Shown: in pieces, positions 25,924 through 34,023 of the stretch | Layout of the letters: each line of letters begins with the position of its first letter | Numbering within the stretch: the first letter of the stretch is position 1 | DNA from: an uncultured Leptospirales bacterium | GTDB taxonomy: Bacteria > Spirochaetota > UBA4802 > UBA5550 | Assembly (NCBI GenBank): GCA_964585555.1 | Contig: CAZPEK010000001.1 | Coordinates: 1 to 35,894, forward strand | DNA length: 35,894 bases | Reading direction: 5' to 3' | Program-made: the position numbers and the translations under genes | The notes under the pieces: model-generated | What the model was told of the DNA's origin: nothing | The model's input: the letters and a program-made list of their open reading frames with translations, nothing else | The model's database searches: none

Positions 25924-26613
25924 ATGAAACAAGAAAACAAAACTATTATTAAAAATGAATTTTTCATCGCTGCAGTAGTTGCAGGATCACTCTGGGGATT
26001 GTGGGAGGTCCTTGGAAATGAATTTATCCGGAATAATTTTCTATCGCTACGCGCTGGACTGCTTACGGGAGGCGGATTTCTGATAATGGGACTCGCCCTG
26101 GGCCTGCTGAAAAGGCCGGCATTGCCCCTCGCTATTGCATTTGTTGCGGCTCTTTCAAAGCAGATCATCGTTCCTGTTACAGGATGTTCCCCTCTGTGCA
26201 GTGCGAATTCATGTCTTGCCCTGATGCTTATGGGAGGAATCCTCTCAGGAGCATCTATATTGATGAAACCGCAGGTTCAGGAACCTGGTCGTCTCAAAGC
26301 AGTTGCAGTCGGTTTTACTGTACCGTTCCTTGCGGCATCGGTCTTCTACTTCGGGGGAATGAGACTCGCACCATGCCCCTATCTGTTGACCTATAACACA
26401 GCAGGGGGATTTCTGAATTTCATGATGAACGAGGGACTGGCCTGGTCACTTATTTCAGCCCTGACTTTCCCTGCCGGATTATATGCAGGATACCGTGCCG
26501 CGGCTGCTTACCGGAACTTTGTCACTCTTCGTACGCGTCTTTACTATGGTGTATCCCTTGCAGTGACTGTTTTATCGATAACGATGATCGTTGTTTTTTA
26601 CGGCCTCTCGTAA
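25924..26613 (+). CDS. Polytopic (about 7 TM) membrane protein of unknown function
   Basis: AGAGGA RBS. Seven hydrophobic segments. A Cys cluster CSPLCSANSC lies between TM3 and TM4. No family recognised. Confidence 0.65.
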   Translation: MKQENKTIIKNEFFIAAVVAGSLWGLWEVLGNEFIRNNFLSLRAGLLTGGGFLIMGLALGLLKRPALPLAIAFVAALSKQIIVPVTGCSPLCSANSCLALMLMGGILSGASILMKPQVQEPGRLKAVAVGFTVPFLAASVFYFGGMRLAPCPYLLTYNTAGGFLNFMMNEGLAWSLISALTFPAGLYAGYRAAAAYRNFVTLRTRLYYGVSLAVTVLSITMIVVFYGLS

Positions 26614-26636
26614 TTTACAGGAAGGATGGCATTGAT

Positions 26637-27224
26637 ATGATTGAAACGGCAATACTCGATTGTACCTTTGAGCAGTATCTTGAGATGATACGGTCCTTTC
26701 ATGGCAGTACCGCACCGGGCATGATCGCGGGAGGATTCATGATCGACTGCGCCACTAAAAATCTGCCAGATGGAGAGTTCTTCGATGTTCTATGCGAGAC
26801 CCGGCACTGTCTGGCAGACGCAGTACAACTGCTGACTCCCTGTACTGTGGGGAACGGCTGGCTTAAGATTTCAGAAACAGGACGGTTTTCTCTCACCTTC
26901 TATAACAAGTTCAATGGAGAGGGGGTTCGGATCTATATAGATCCGGTAAAACTTGATAAATATCCTGAAGTCAGATGCTGGTTTCTCCAGGAGAAGGATA
27001 AACCCGATCAGGATCTCAAGGCGATACTTGACGAATTCGTAAAGGCCGGCCACGATCTCTATGGTACGGAAAGAGTCACTCTAAAAGATGAATACATTTC
27101 GAGTAGGAAAAGGAAGAAAACAGAATCCTTTCAATGCCGGCACTGTGGAGAGTCATTCAAATCTGATGAATATGCGGATATCTGTCCGGTCTGTCTGGGA
27201 TCAGGCCCCTATGTGCCCAGATGA
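26637..27224 (+). CDS. FmdE-family protein with C-terminal zinc ribbon
   Basis: FHGSTAPGMIAGGFM sits where I recall the FmdE motif FHGH.CPG. CETRHCLADAVQLLTPCTVGNGWL matches the FmdE core (…C..DA.Q..tGCT.GkGnl). C-terminal CRHCGESF...CPVCLG is a four-Cys ribbon. AGGAAGGA RBS. Confidence 0.7.
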   Translation: MIETAILDCTFEQYLEMIRSFHGSTAPGMIAGGFMIDCATKNLPDGEFFDVLCETRHCLADAVQLLTPCTVGNGWLKISETGRFSLTFYNKFNGEGVRIYIDPVKLDKYPEVRCWFLQEKDKPDQDLKAILDEFVKAGHDLYGTERVTLKDEYISSRKRKKTESFQCRHCGESFKSDEYADICPVCLGSGPYVPR

Positions 27225-27230
27225 CCATAA

Positions 27231-27259
27231 CCGGGGAGGAGTAAAGTTTTCCTCCCCGG
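27231..27259. terminator. Strong GC hairpin between convergent genes (terminator candidate without a clear U-tract)
   Basis: CCGGGGAGGA-gtaaagttt-TCCTCCCCGG forms a 10-bp stem. It lies between the FmdE-like stop (27224) and the Cys-rich protein stop (27285). Confidence 0.45.
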
Positions 27260-27284
27260 CTGTCTGATAGATTATCCTGATTTA

Positions 27285-28640
27285 TTATTTGTTACAGATG
27301 GAAAGGGTTTCTCTCAGCATTCGGATTGCCTCAGGGTCTTTTTTGTTTTGACAATAGGCTGAACCTTCATACTTCATAGCCTTTTCACAGTAGGTTGGGG
27401 CGGCCCCGTTTTTTACGATATAATTGTGGTAGCTTTTTGACCAGCCGAGAAGACTGCGGGGACTGCTTTTTAACTGGTACTCTGAGTTACTACAGTCGAC
27501 CAGGTCACCGGTAAGGGGAATGGCGGGTTTTTTGGCTGCTGCCCCACCGACGGGAATCTTTGAAACAAGCTTACATTTACTGTTTCTGCTGCAATAACCG
27601 GAATAACATTTTTTGTTTTTTGATGAACAGCATTCCGCGTCATCGATTTCCCATTTTTTACTTCCAGTTGAGTGAAACCCTATCCTGAAGTAAGAATAAC
27701 AATCATAGGTATATATATAATCTTTATCGTGATAGCCCTCTGAACGGGGAACAAGGTGTTCTTTTACAGAATGGACAACAAACCATGTGTCAAGTCCGCT
27801 TTTACTGGTGTTCTCCTGGCGGATAAAATCAAATTTTTTAAAACCAGTGATTTTGAAGTTTGAATTTTTTTTCAGATATGCCTGAATAAGTGGTTTCGCG
27901 GTCTTCCAGTCAATAGTAGTGACCTTACTTCGTGTGCCTAGTTTTTTACAGACTTTTTCATAGACACAGGGCTGCTTTTTCCCGCTCACCATGCAGTCGT
28001 TTGAGTTAATTTCCCAGGCTCCATTTTTTTTCCTGATATTTGAAGTCATGTTGCATCGCCACAGGTCTGCAATATTTTTATGCTCCTCTCCGGCAATTAC
28101 TTCTACCTCAGTAACTACATCATACACTGGCATGCAGAAATTATATGTACCTTTCTTTTCTTTAACTGATATTTTGAGTGCCTTTGCTTTATAGGTCTGG
28201 TAGCCAGATTTTTCAGTCAGATTTTTATTAATGAGATTAGTAATGGTATTGTCGTCCAGACCTGGCAGTTTCTTTGTCGGCTTATTAAGAAATTTATGAT
28301 CCCATATTGCTATTTGTGCAAAGGAGAGCTGTCGGCCATTTTTTCGGTACCAGACTTCCCATGTGTATTTGACCTTCAGTCCGCATTCGGTGAAGAGGTT
28401 ATACACCGCAACCTTTCTGGCATGATAGTAGACCCGTACTAAACCTTCCATCCTGGAAAAATTTCTTGGGTTTCCAAGGTATTGAATTTTTAGCAGTTTT
28501 CGATTTTTTGGGAGTTCATAAACTTTTTTAAAATCAGAAATCACCTTACCGGGGGTAATGGCGGCTTCTGCTCTTATGCCTGCAGACAGCATAAACGCTG
28601 TAGTGATAAAACTTATTATTAAAATGTTTGTCCACTTCAT
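27285..28640 (-). CDS. Secreted Cys- and Lys-rich protein of unknown function (451 aa)
   Basis: GGAGAGG RBS 7 nt upstream. Signal peptide MKWTNILIISFITTAFMLSAGIRAEA. More than 20 Cys in the mature part, clustered toward the C-terminus (CCSSKNKKCYSGYCSRNSKC). No family recognised. Confidence 0.7.
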   Translation of the reverse strand: MKWTNILIISFITTAFMLSAGIRAEAAITPGKVISDFKKVYELPKNRKLLKIQYLGNPRNFSRMEGLVRVYYHARKVAVYNLFTECGLKVKYTWEVWYRKNGRQLSFAQIAIWDHKFLNKPTKKLPGLDDNTITNLINKNLTEKSGYQTYKAKALKISVKEKKGTYNFCMPVYDVVTEVEVIAGEEHKNIADLWRCNMTSNIRKKNGAWEINSNDCMVSGKKQPCVYEKVCKKLGTRSKVTTIDWKTAKPLIQAYLKKNSNFKITGFKKFDFIRQENTSKSGLDTWFVVHSVKEHLVPRSEGYHDKDYIYTYDCYSYFRIGFHSTGSKKWEIDDAECCSSKNKKCYSGYCSRNSKCKLVSKIPVGGAAAKKPAIPLTGDLVDCSNSEYQLKSSPRSLLGWSKSYHNYIVKNGAAPTYCEKAMKYEGSAYCQNKKDPEAIRMLRETLSICNK

Positions 28641-28935
28641 TGTTTAACCTCTCCGTGTTTTTGTTTGATATCGGGAACTGTACTGAGCGTAGGGTAGCCT
28701 TCTATTCATAATTTTATAATGGACTTTGAGTACCCCGTATATAGAGTACTCGAAGTGCTGTAATAATCAATAATTTTTTTCTTTCGTTGAGAGTAATAAA
28801 TGTGGTTATATTGGATTTCTAATCCCTTATAGAGCAAAAAAGAGTATTTACTTCTTTTTTTATGAAACAGCCTGTTATCTTATAATATGAAAATTCAACT
28901 CTCCCTGTTTTAACGCTGATTATTTTATGTGCCGA

Positions 28936-28965
28936 TTGACTGATAAAAGGGTTCAGGGATATTAA
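28936..28965 (+). promoter_or_regulatory. Sigma70-like promoter candidate for the MBL-fold gene
   Basis: TTGACT (28936-28941), a 17-18-nt spacer, then ATATTA/TATTAA (28959-28965), about 65 nt upstream of the ATG at 29031. Confidence 0.3.
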
Positions 28966-29030
28966 TAAAAAATAATCCCATCCATTATTTCTTCTTGCTA
29001 TATCTTAAAAATTGTAAAATATTCTTCATT

Positions 29031-30047
29031 ATGAAAGAAGTATATCCTGATATTTATCAAATCACCATAAAAGGTTTTCTCTCCAGGCTCCGACCGGAGG
29101 TCAATGTATTTGTTATTGCCGGTCCTGATGGTCTGGTTTTTGATGCAGGCTTCGGGACCCGTGGTGTTGGTCGTTTTGTTGTTTCAGAGATAAAAAAGAT
29201 CGAAAAGCTTTACCGGGACAGGGGCAGGGAATTCAAGCTGGAAAGAGTCATGACAAGTCACAGTCATGGTGACCACTATCCCGGTATGGTGTACCTGCGG
29301 AAAAAACTGGGTTTGAAAATTATAGTAACGGATAAAATTGCCGAAAGCATCAGTCATCGAAAAAGATACCGCAAAAAATATGAACGTAACCAGCCTGTTG
29401 AATGGTATACCAGTTATAGCTTTATTAGAACAGTTTTCCGAAAAGGTACCATGCTGATTGTTCGTTTTTTGTTTCATATGCTTTTTGGTTTTAAATTTAT
29501 AAAGGACCCTGACATCATTCTTTCTGACACGGGAAGTATTACGATCAATGGTGCATCCTGGCAGATAATTCCCGCGCCTGGTCATGCCATGGATCATATT
29601 CATCTTTATAACAAAGAAGCCGGTTTGATGTTTGTGGGCGACAATGTGCTCAGGGGCGTAACTCCATGGCTTGGGCCGCCTGAATCTGACCTTCGGGATT
29701 ATCTTGGCTCGTTAGAGGCGATACTCAATACAAAGGGTCTCGCAATCCTGTTGTGCGGACATGGAAGCATTGTGACAGAACCGTATAAAAGGGTCACGAG
29801 GCTGAGAAGGTACCGTCTCGACAGGGTGGATGATTTATATGACATTGTCTCTGGAAGCGGCCCCGAAGGCATTACCTTCAACGAAATAGTTAATACTGTG
29901 TATATGAACGAGTCAGGTTTTAAAAAAAATATGGGCAGCGGATGGATCGCCATTACCCTGAAACATCTCGAGCGTGAAGGGAAAATAAAATGGAAATTAT
30001 CGGGAAAAAAAATCAGGCTCTATCACTCAGGTGAGTTCATAACATGA
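29031..30047 (+). CDS. MBL-fold metallo-hydrolase with a C-terminal winged-helix-like extension
   Basis: HxHxDH motif SHSHGDHYPG, followed by PAPGHAMDH, FVGDN and LLCGHG. The tail GITFNEIVNTV...ITLKHLEREGKIKW looks wHTH-like. I prefer the ATG at 29031 (MKEVYPDIYQ) over the TTG at 28995. There is no clear RBS. Confidence 0.75.
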   Translation: MKEVYPDIYQITIKGFLSRLRPEVNVFVIAGPDGLVFDAGFGTRGVGRFVVSEIKKIEKLYRDRGREFKLERVMTSHSHGDHYPGMVYLRKKLGLKIIVTDKIAESISHRKRYRKKYERNQPVEWYTSYSFIRTVFRKGTMLIVRFLFHMLFGFKFIKDPDIILSDTGSITINGASWQIIPAPGHAMDHIHLYNKEAGLMFVGDNVLRGVTPWLGPPESDLRDYLGSLEAILNTKGLAILLCGHGSIVTEPYKRVTRLRRYRLDRVDDLYDIVSGSGPEGITFNEIVNTVYMNESGFKKNMGSGWIAITLKHLEREGKIKWKLSGKKIRLYHSGEFIT

Positions 30048-30088
30048 GTTTATTGTGCTTAATGTAATATTTTTTTGGGTGGGGAAGT

Positions 30089-31156
30089 TTACTTCCCCTT
30101 AATAATATCAACTACCTGACGGACATCCTGAGCGTTGTCTTTATTGATGACAAGAATCTTGTCGCCCGCCTGAACAACAATGACATTTTCAAGCCCCACG
30201 AGAGCGACTTTACTTCCTTCAGAAAAAACAGAACAGCTGCTGCTGTTTACGAAAATTGCATTCTCCGGGGATGGAGAGCGGTTTCCTTTCTGGTCAGCCT
30301 GTAAGATATCATCGGTGGCTTTCCAGCTGCCGAGATCAGCCCATCCAAATTCCGCGGGAATAACAACACGGTTTTCGGCTGTTTCAAGTATTCCCTTATC
30401 TATTGACACTGATTTGACAGTATTAAAAATCGTTTCTTTTATCTTCCATGTATCTTTATCATCTTTAAGAAGCTTTTCAGGTGAAAGATTTTGAAAGGAA
30501 GAAAAGGCCTCTACCATTTCAGGAAGATGCTTTTTAAAGGCATCAATTATAGTACTGACTTTAAAGGCGATGATGCCGCTGTTCCAGAAGTATCTTCCGC
30601 TGGCGAGATAGCTTTCTGCAGTCACCAGGTCTGGTTTTTCAACGAACTGGTCAACCGGAAGTACTGCGCCGCTGCTGCCGTCTTCTGCTTTAATGTAACC
30701 GTACCCTGTTTCCGGGTAGGTTGGTTTTATGCCGATGGTGACGAGATTTTCTTTGCCCGCTTCGGTAACCGCCAGTTTCAGGATGCTGCGAAAGGCCTTT
30801 TCGTCAAGAATATGATGATCTGCGGGAAGAACGATCATTATTCCCTGGGGATCCCGTTTCTCCAGGAAGAGAGCCCCGTAGAGGACCGCTGCCGCAGTGT
30901 TGCGGGGTCGTGGTTCGCACAGGACCGATCCCCTGATGCCGCATCGCTTCAGCTCTTCTGTAGAGAGATCACGGTACCGGTGGGAAGTTACGATAAGGCA
31001 ATCCTCAGGATTGAGGCCTTCGAGGCGCTTGATGGTGCCTTCCAGGAGGGATCCCTGGCCCGAGAGATTATGAAACTGTTTCGGTTTTTCTTCACGGCTT
31101 AAGGGCCAGAGGCGTGTCCCCGCCCCGCCGGCCATAATTACAGGATATAAATTCAT
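30089..31156 (-). CDS. manC: Mannose-1-phosphate guanylyltransferase (nucleotidyltransferase domain only, no C-terminal cupin/PMI domain)
   Basis: YPVIMAGGAGTRLWPLSR, VLPADHHI, TIGIKPTYPETGYGYI, FVEKPD and YFWNSGI. I prefer the ATG at 31156 (MNLYPV, preceded by GAAGG) over the GTG at 31168. Confidence 0.85.
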   Translation of the reverse strand: MNLYPVIMAGGAGTRLWPLSREEKPKQFHNLSGQGSLLEGTIKRLEGLNPEDCLIVTSHRYRDLSTEELKRCGIRGSVLCEPRPRNTAAAVLYGALFLEKRDPQGIMIVLPADHHILDEKAFRSILKLAVTEAGKENLVTIGIKPTYPETGYGYIKAEDGSSGAVLPVDQFVEKPDLVTAESYLASGRYFWNSGIIAFKVSTIIDAFKKHLPEMVEAFSSFQNLSPEKLLKDDKDTWKIKETIFNTVKSVSIDKGILETAENRVVIPAEFGWADLGSWKATDDILQADQKGNRSPSPENAIFVNSSSCSVFSEGSKVALVGLENVIVVQAGDKILVINKDNAQDVRQVVDIIKGK

Positions 31157-31428
31157 GACTGCCTTCACTTCCTTATCAATATACTTTAAATGATCCGGTG
31201 ATCTTTATTGATTATAGCGGAAAATCCGTCAATCAGTTTGCTGAAAAGGGTCGATAGAGGCATAGCAGCTATTAATTTTATTTTACTGATTAATTTCATG
31301 TTTTTATACATTAATATCTTGACAGATATGGGCGCAATATTAGGTATATACCTTCACTTATAACCCCAATTTAAGTGCTTCATCATTTTCGGCCGGTACT
31401 ATCACTAAGGACGAGAGAGGACATATCA

Positions 31429-31875
31429 ATGAATACTGTGCAAAAAACATATTCTATGACAGCATCTGAGATCGACAAGAAATGGCTCATTGTTGATGCT
31501 GAAGGCAAGGTGCTTGGACGCCTGGCAACGGAAATTGCTCTGTTGCTGCGGGGAAAGCATAAGCCGTCATTTACTCCCCATCTTGACATGGGAGATTATG
31601 TTGTTGTAATCAATGCGGAAAAAATAGTTTTAACCGGGAACAAGGCTGAAGACAAAGAATACTTCAAGCATACTGAATATCCCGGCGGTAAGAGATTTAT
31701 CAATATCAAGAAATTTCTCGCTGAAAAGCCTGAGTTCGTAATTGAACATGCGGTAAAGGGCATGCTGCCCAAGAACAAGCTGAACAACAAAATCATGAAA
31801 AACCTGAAGGTTTATGCGGGAAGTGAGCATCCTCATGAAGCACAAAAGCCTGAAACGGTTGAGATTACGAGTTAA
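31429..31875 (+). CDS. rplM: 50S ribosomal protein L13
   Basis: [50 protein letters not shown] and GMLPKN are the L13 signature. Start at the ATG at 31429, preceded by GAGAGAGG. Confidence 0.95.
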   Translation: MNTVQKTYSMTASEIDKKWLIVDAEGKVLGRLATEIALLLRGKHKPSFTPHLDMGDYVVVINAEKIVLTGNKAEDKEYFKHTEYPGGKRFINIKKFLAEKPEFVIEHAVKGMLPKNKLNNKIMKNLKVYAGSEHPHEAQKPETVEITS

Positions 31876-31892
31876 GGAAAAGGAGAATATAT

Positions 31893-32282
31893 ATGGCTGA
31901 TCGATATTACGCAACAGGACGAAGAAAAACCTCTGTAGCCCGTGTCTGGGTCAAACCAGGTTCCGGTAACATTGTGGTCAACAAACAGCCCATTAATGAA
32001 TATTTCCGACGAGGAACCCTTGAGCTGATAGTCCGTCAACCCCTCGAGTACGTTGGGCAGATTGATAATTTTGATATATACGCCAATGTCTCTGGCGGCG
32101 GCTGGTCAGGACAGGCGGGTGCTATGAAAATGGCTATTGCCCGATGCCTTGTTCAGGTTGATGAAAAGCATAAGCAGCCTCTTCGCAAAGGTGGATTCCT
32201 TACACGGGATGCCCGTGAGGTTGAACGTAAGAAGCCTGGTCAGAAGAAAGCTCGTAAAAAATTCCAGTTTTCAAAACGTTAA
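31893..32282 (+). CDS. rpsI: 30S ribosomal protein S9
   Basis: [25 protein letters not shown] and [27 protein letters not shown] are the S9 signature. AAGGAGAA RBS. Confidence 0.95.
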   Translation: MADRYYATGRRKTSVARVWVKPGSGNIVVNKQPINEYFRRGTLELIVRQPLEYVGQIDNFDIYANVSGGGWSGQAGAMKMAIARCLVQVDEKHKQPLRKGGFLTRDAREVERKKPGQKKARKKFQFSKR

Positions 32283-32296
32283 GAGTATATTTATAT

Positions 32297-32344
32297 ATAC
32301 CAAAAAAAAGAGAGTCCCTTTCGGGACTCTCTTTTTTTTGGTAT
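32297..32344. terminator. Perfect 22-nt-arm palindromic Rho-independent terminator after rpsI (T1)
   Basis: ATACC-A8-GAGAGTCCC / tttc / GGGACTCTC-T8-GGTAT. The A- and T-tracts make it bidirectional in form. Confidence 0.85.
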
Positions 32345-32442
32345 AAACCATGACACTAATAGTTGCATCATGGAAATTGTCTTGACACTAATTATTCGTG
32401 TGGTACCTTGAAAAGTTGTTTAAATCGTGTAGGGGCATCATC

Positions 32443-33921
32443 ATGCAAATATTGAACCCGATTCAAAGTACCAATAAAGTTGTTCTTATTATCAACTGGC
32501 TTCTTGATACTTTTCTTATCCTTGGATATATTGGTGAATACTTCAAGGGGGGGCGTTCTCTTGAATTTGTTGTAATTTTTATCACTATTATTGTAGTCCC
32601 CATGATGGCAGCTACATTGATTTACCGCAGAGAGCCAGGTAATACTAATATTAAAATAATTACACTGGTGAGCTATTTTATTCTCTATGTGTTTGTTATG
32701 TTTACTTCTACAAGAACATTGGTGTATGTATATCTTTTTCCAATCTTAGCCATGTATATACTCTATTTTAATTTAAAGTTAATGATATATTCCTGCGGTA
32801 TTATTACATTCATGAATATTATTCGAGTGGCATGGCTTACAGGATATCATGGTTTGACCTCAAAGATTATTACTACTGATTATACCATTCAGATTTCTTC
32901 AGTTATTCTTTACAGCGCATCATTGATTATTGCGACAAAGCTTTCAAATAAATTCAATGATGAAAAACTGGTAAGTATTGAAGAGGAAAAGAACAAACAG
33001 GGGATGATTTTACTCGATGTCTTGAAAATTGCATCAGTCCTCGATGAAAATTCTAAAAGGGTCTACGCTTTTGTGGATGACCTTGTTGAGTCTACAGAGA
33101 AGGTAACAGTGGCAGTCGATAAAATTTCCAGTGGTGCGGATAATACTGCAACAAGTATTCAGGATCAGACAAAGCTGACCTATGAAATTCAAAATATTAT
33201 TGAGGACACTTCCTCTCTTTCAGAAAAGATGGATAAAATATCCGGGGAAACAGCCAGTTCTGTAAAAGAAGGTATTGATATTGTTAATAATCTTGAATCA
33301 AAAACGGCTGCTGTAAATATAAGCAACGATAATGCGTATAACACCATGGTTCTTCTTACTGAAAAGTCGGTTGAAATACAGAATGTTACTGCCCTTATTA
33401 CAGGAATATCAGAACAGACAAATCTTCTTGCTCTTAATGCGGCGATAGAAGCTGCACGGGCCGGGGAAGCCGGAAGAGGATTTGCAGTAGTAGCAGATGA
33501 GATCGGAAAACTGGCTCTTCAGAGTCAGGATTCTGCTAAAGAAATAGAATCAATATTAATGGAGCTTCGTCAAATGGCTGACGAATCTGTGCAGGTTGTT
33601 AGCGGCCTTAAAGAAGTTAATAGCGAACAGAATGCCTTAATAACAGAAACAAGGAAATCATTTGATGCTATTGCGGGTAAAATAGAAGAAGTAAATGAAA
33701 ATGTAAACCTGGTAAACGGGAGGATCAATGATATCCTGTCTTCAAATAACCAGATTGTTGAAAAGATAAACAGCATTTCAGAGGTGAGTCAACAGCCTAA
33801 TGATCTAACCAGAGATGCTATGCAAACGACTCGGAGTAATATCGAAAGGGCCAAGGGAGCGAAAAAGCTGGTTAATGAGCTGATCGAAACATCACAGGGA
33901 ATGAATAAATATATCTCTTGA
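32443..33921 (+). CDS. Methyl-accepting chemotaxis protein with a polytopic (about 6 TM) N-terminal membrane module
   Basis: Highly conserved MCP hairpin tip [37 protein letters not shown]. The N-terminal ~180 aa are consecutive hydrophobic helices with no large periplasmic domain. I prefer the ATG at 32443 over the upstream GTG (32398) that opens the supplied ORF. Confidence 0.88.
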   Translation: MQILNPIQSTNKVVLIINWLLDTFLILGYIGEYFKGGRSLEFVVIFITIIVVPMMAATLIYRREPGNTNIKIITLVSYFILYVFVMFTSTRTLVYVYLFPILAMYILYFNLKLMIYSCGIITFMNIIRVAWLTGYHGLTSKIITTDYTIQISSVILYSASLIIATKLSNKFNDEKLVSIEEEKNKQGMILLDVLKIASVLDENSKRVYAFVDDLVESTEKVTVAVDKISSGADNTATSIQDQTKLTYEIQNIIEDTSSLSEKMDKISGETASSVKEGIDIVNNLESKTAAVNISNDNAYNTMVLLTEKSVEIQNVTALITGISEQTNLLALNAAIEAARAGEAGRGFAVVADEIGKLALQSQDSAKEIESILMELRQMADESVQVVSGLKEVNSEQNALITETRKSFDAIAGKIEEVNENVNLVNGRINDILSSNNQIVEKINSISEVSQQPNDLTRDAMQTTRSNIERAKGAKKLVNELIETSQGMNKYIS

Positions 33922-33961
33922 AAAAAGATGTTTTCAAAATAATAAAAATATACTTACAAAT

Positions 33962-33999
33962 AAAAAAAAGAGAGTGCCGGAAGGGACTCTCTTTTTTTT
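33962..33999. terminator. Bidirectional Rho-independent terminator (T2), near-identical to T1
   Basis: A8-GAGAGTGCC-ggaa-GGGACTCTC-T8 lies between the convergent MCP gene (stop 33921) and small Cys-rich gene (stop 34024). It differs from T1 only in the central ~6 nt. Confidence 0.85.
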
Positions 34000-34023
34000 G
34001 TCAAAAATATTGAAATACTTGTA

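Noticed and set aside
30081-30098. Hairpin GGGGAAGT-tt-ACTTCCCC between the MBL gene and manC, considered as a terminator.
   Set aside because: The loop is too small for the full stem, there is no U-tract on either strand, and half of the hairpin is manC coding sequence. I do not consider it a supportable terminator.
31375-31428. Upstream-extended starts offered by the ORF track: 31375 for rplM, 3292 for dinG, 15665 for purM, 28995 for the MBL gene, 31168 for manC, 32398 for the MCP gene, 8696 for the RND exporter, 11807 for the lipoprotein and 22934 for DUF364.
   Set aside because: In each case an internal ATG has a better-placed purine-rich RBS and gives an N-terminus matching the family or a clean signal peptide. 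The extensions would overlap neighbouring genes or promoter elements.
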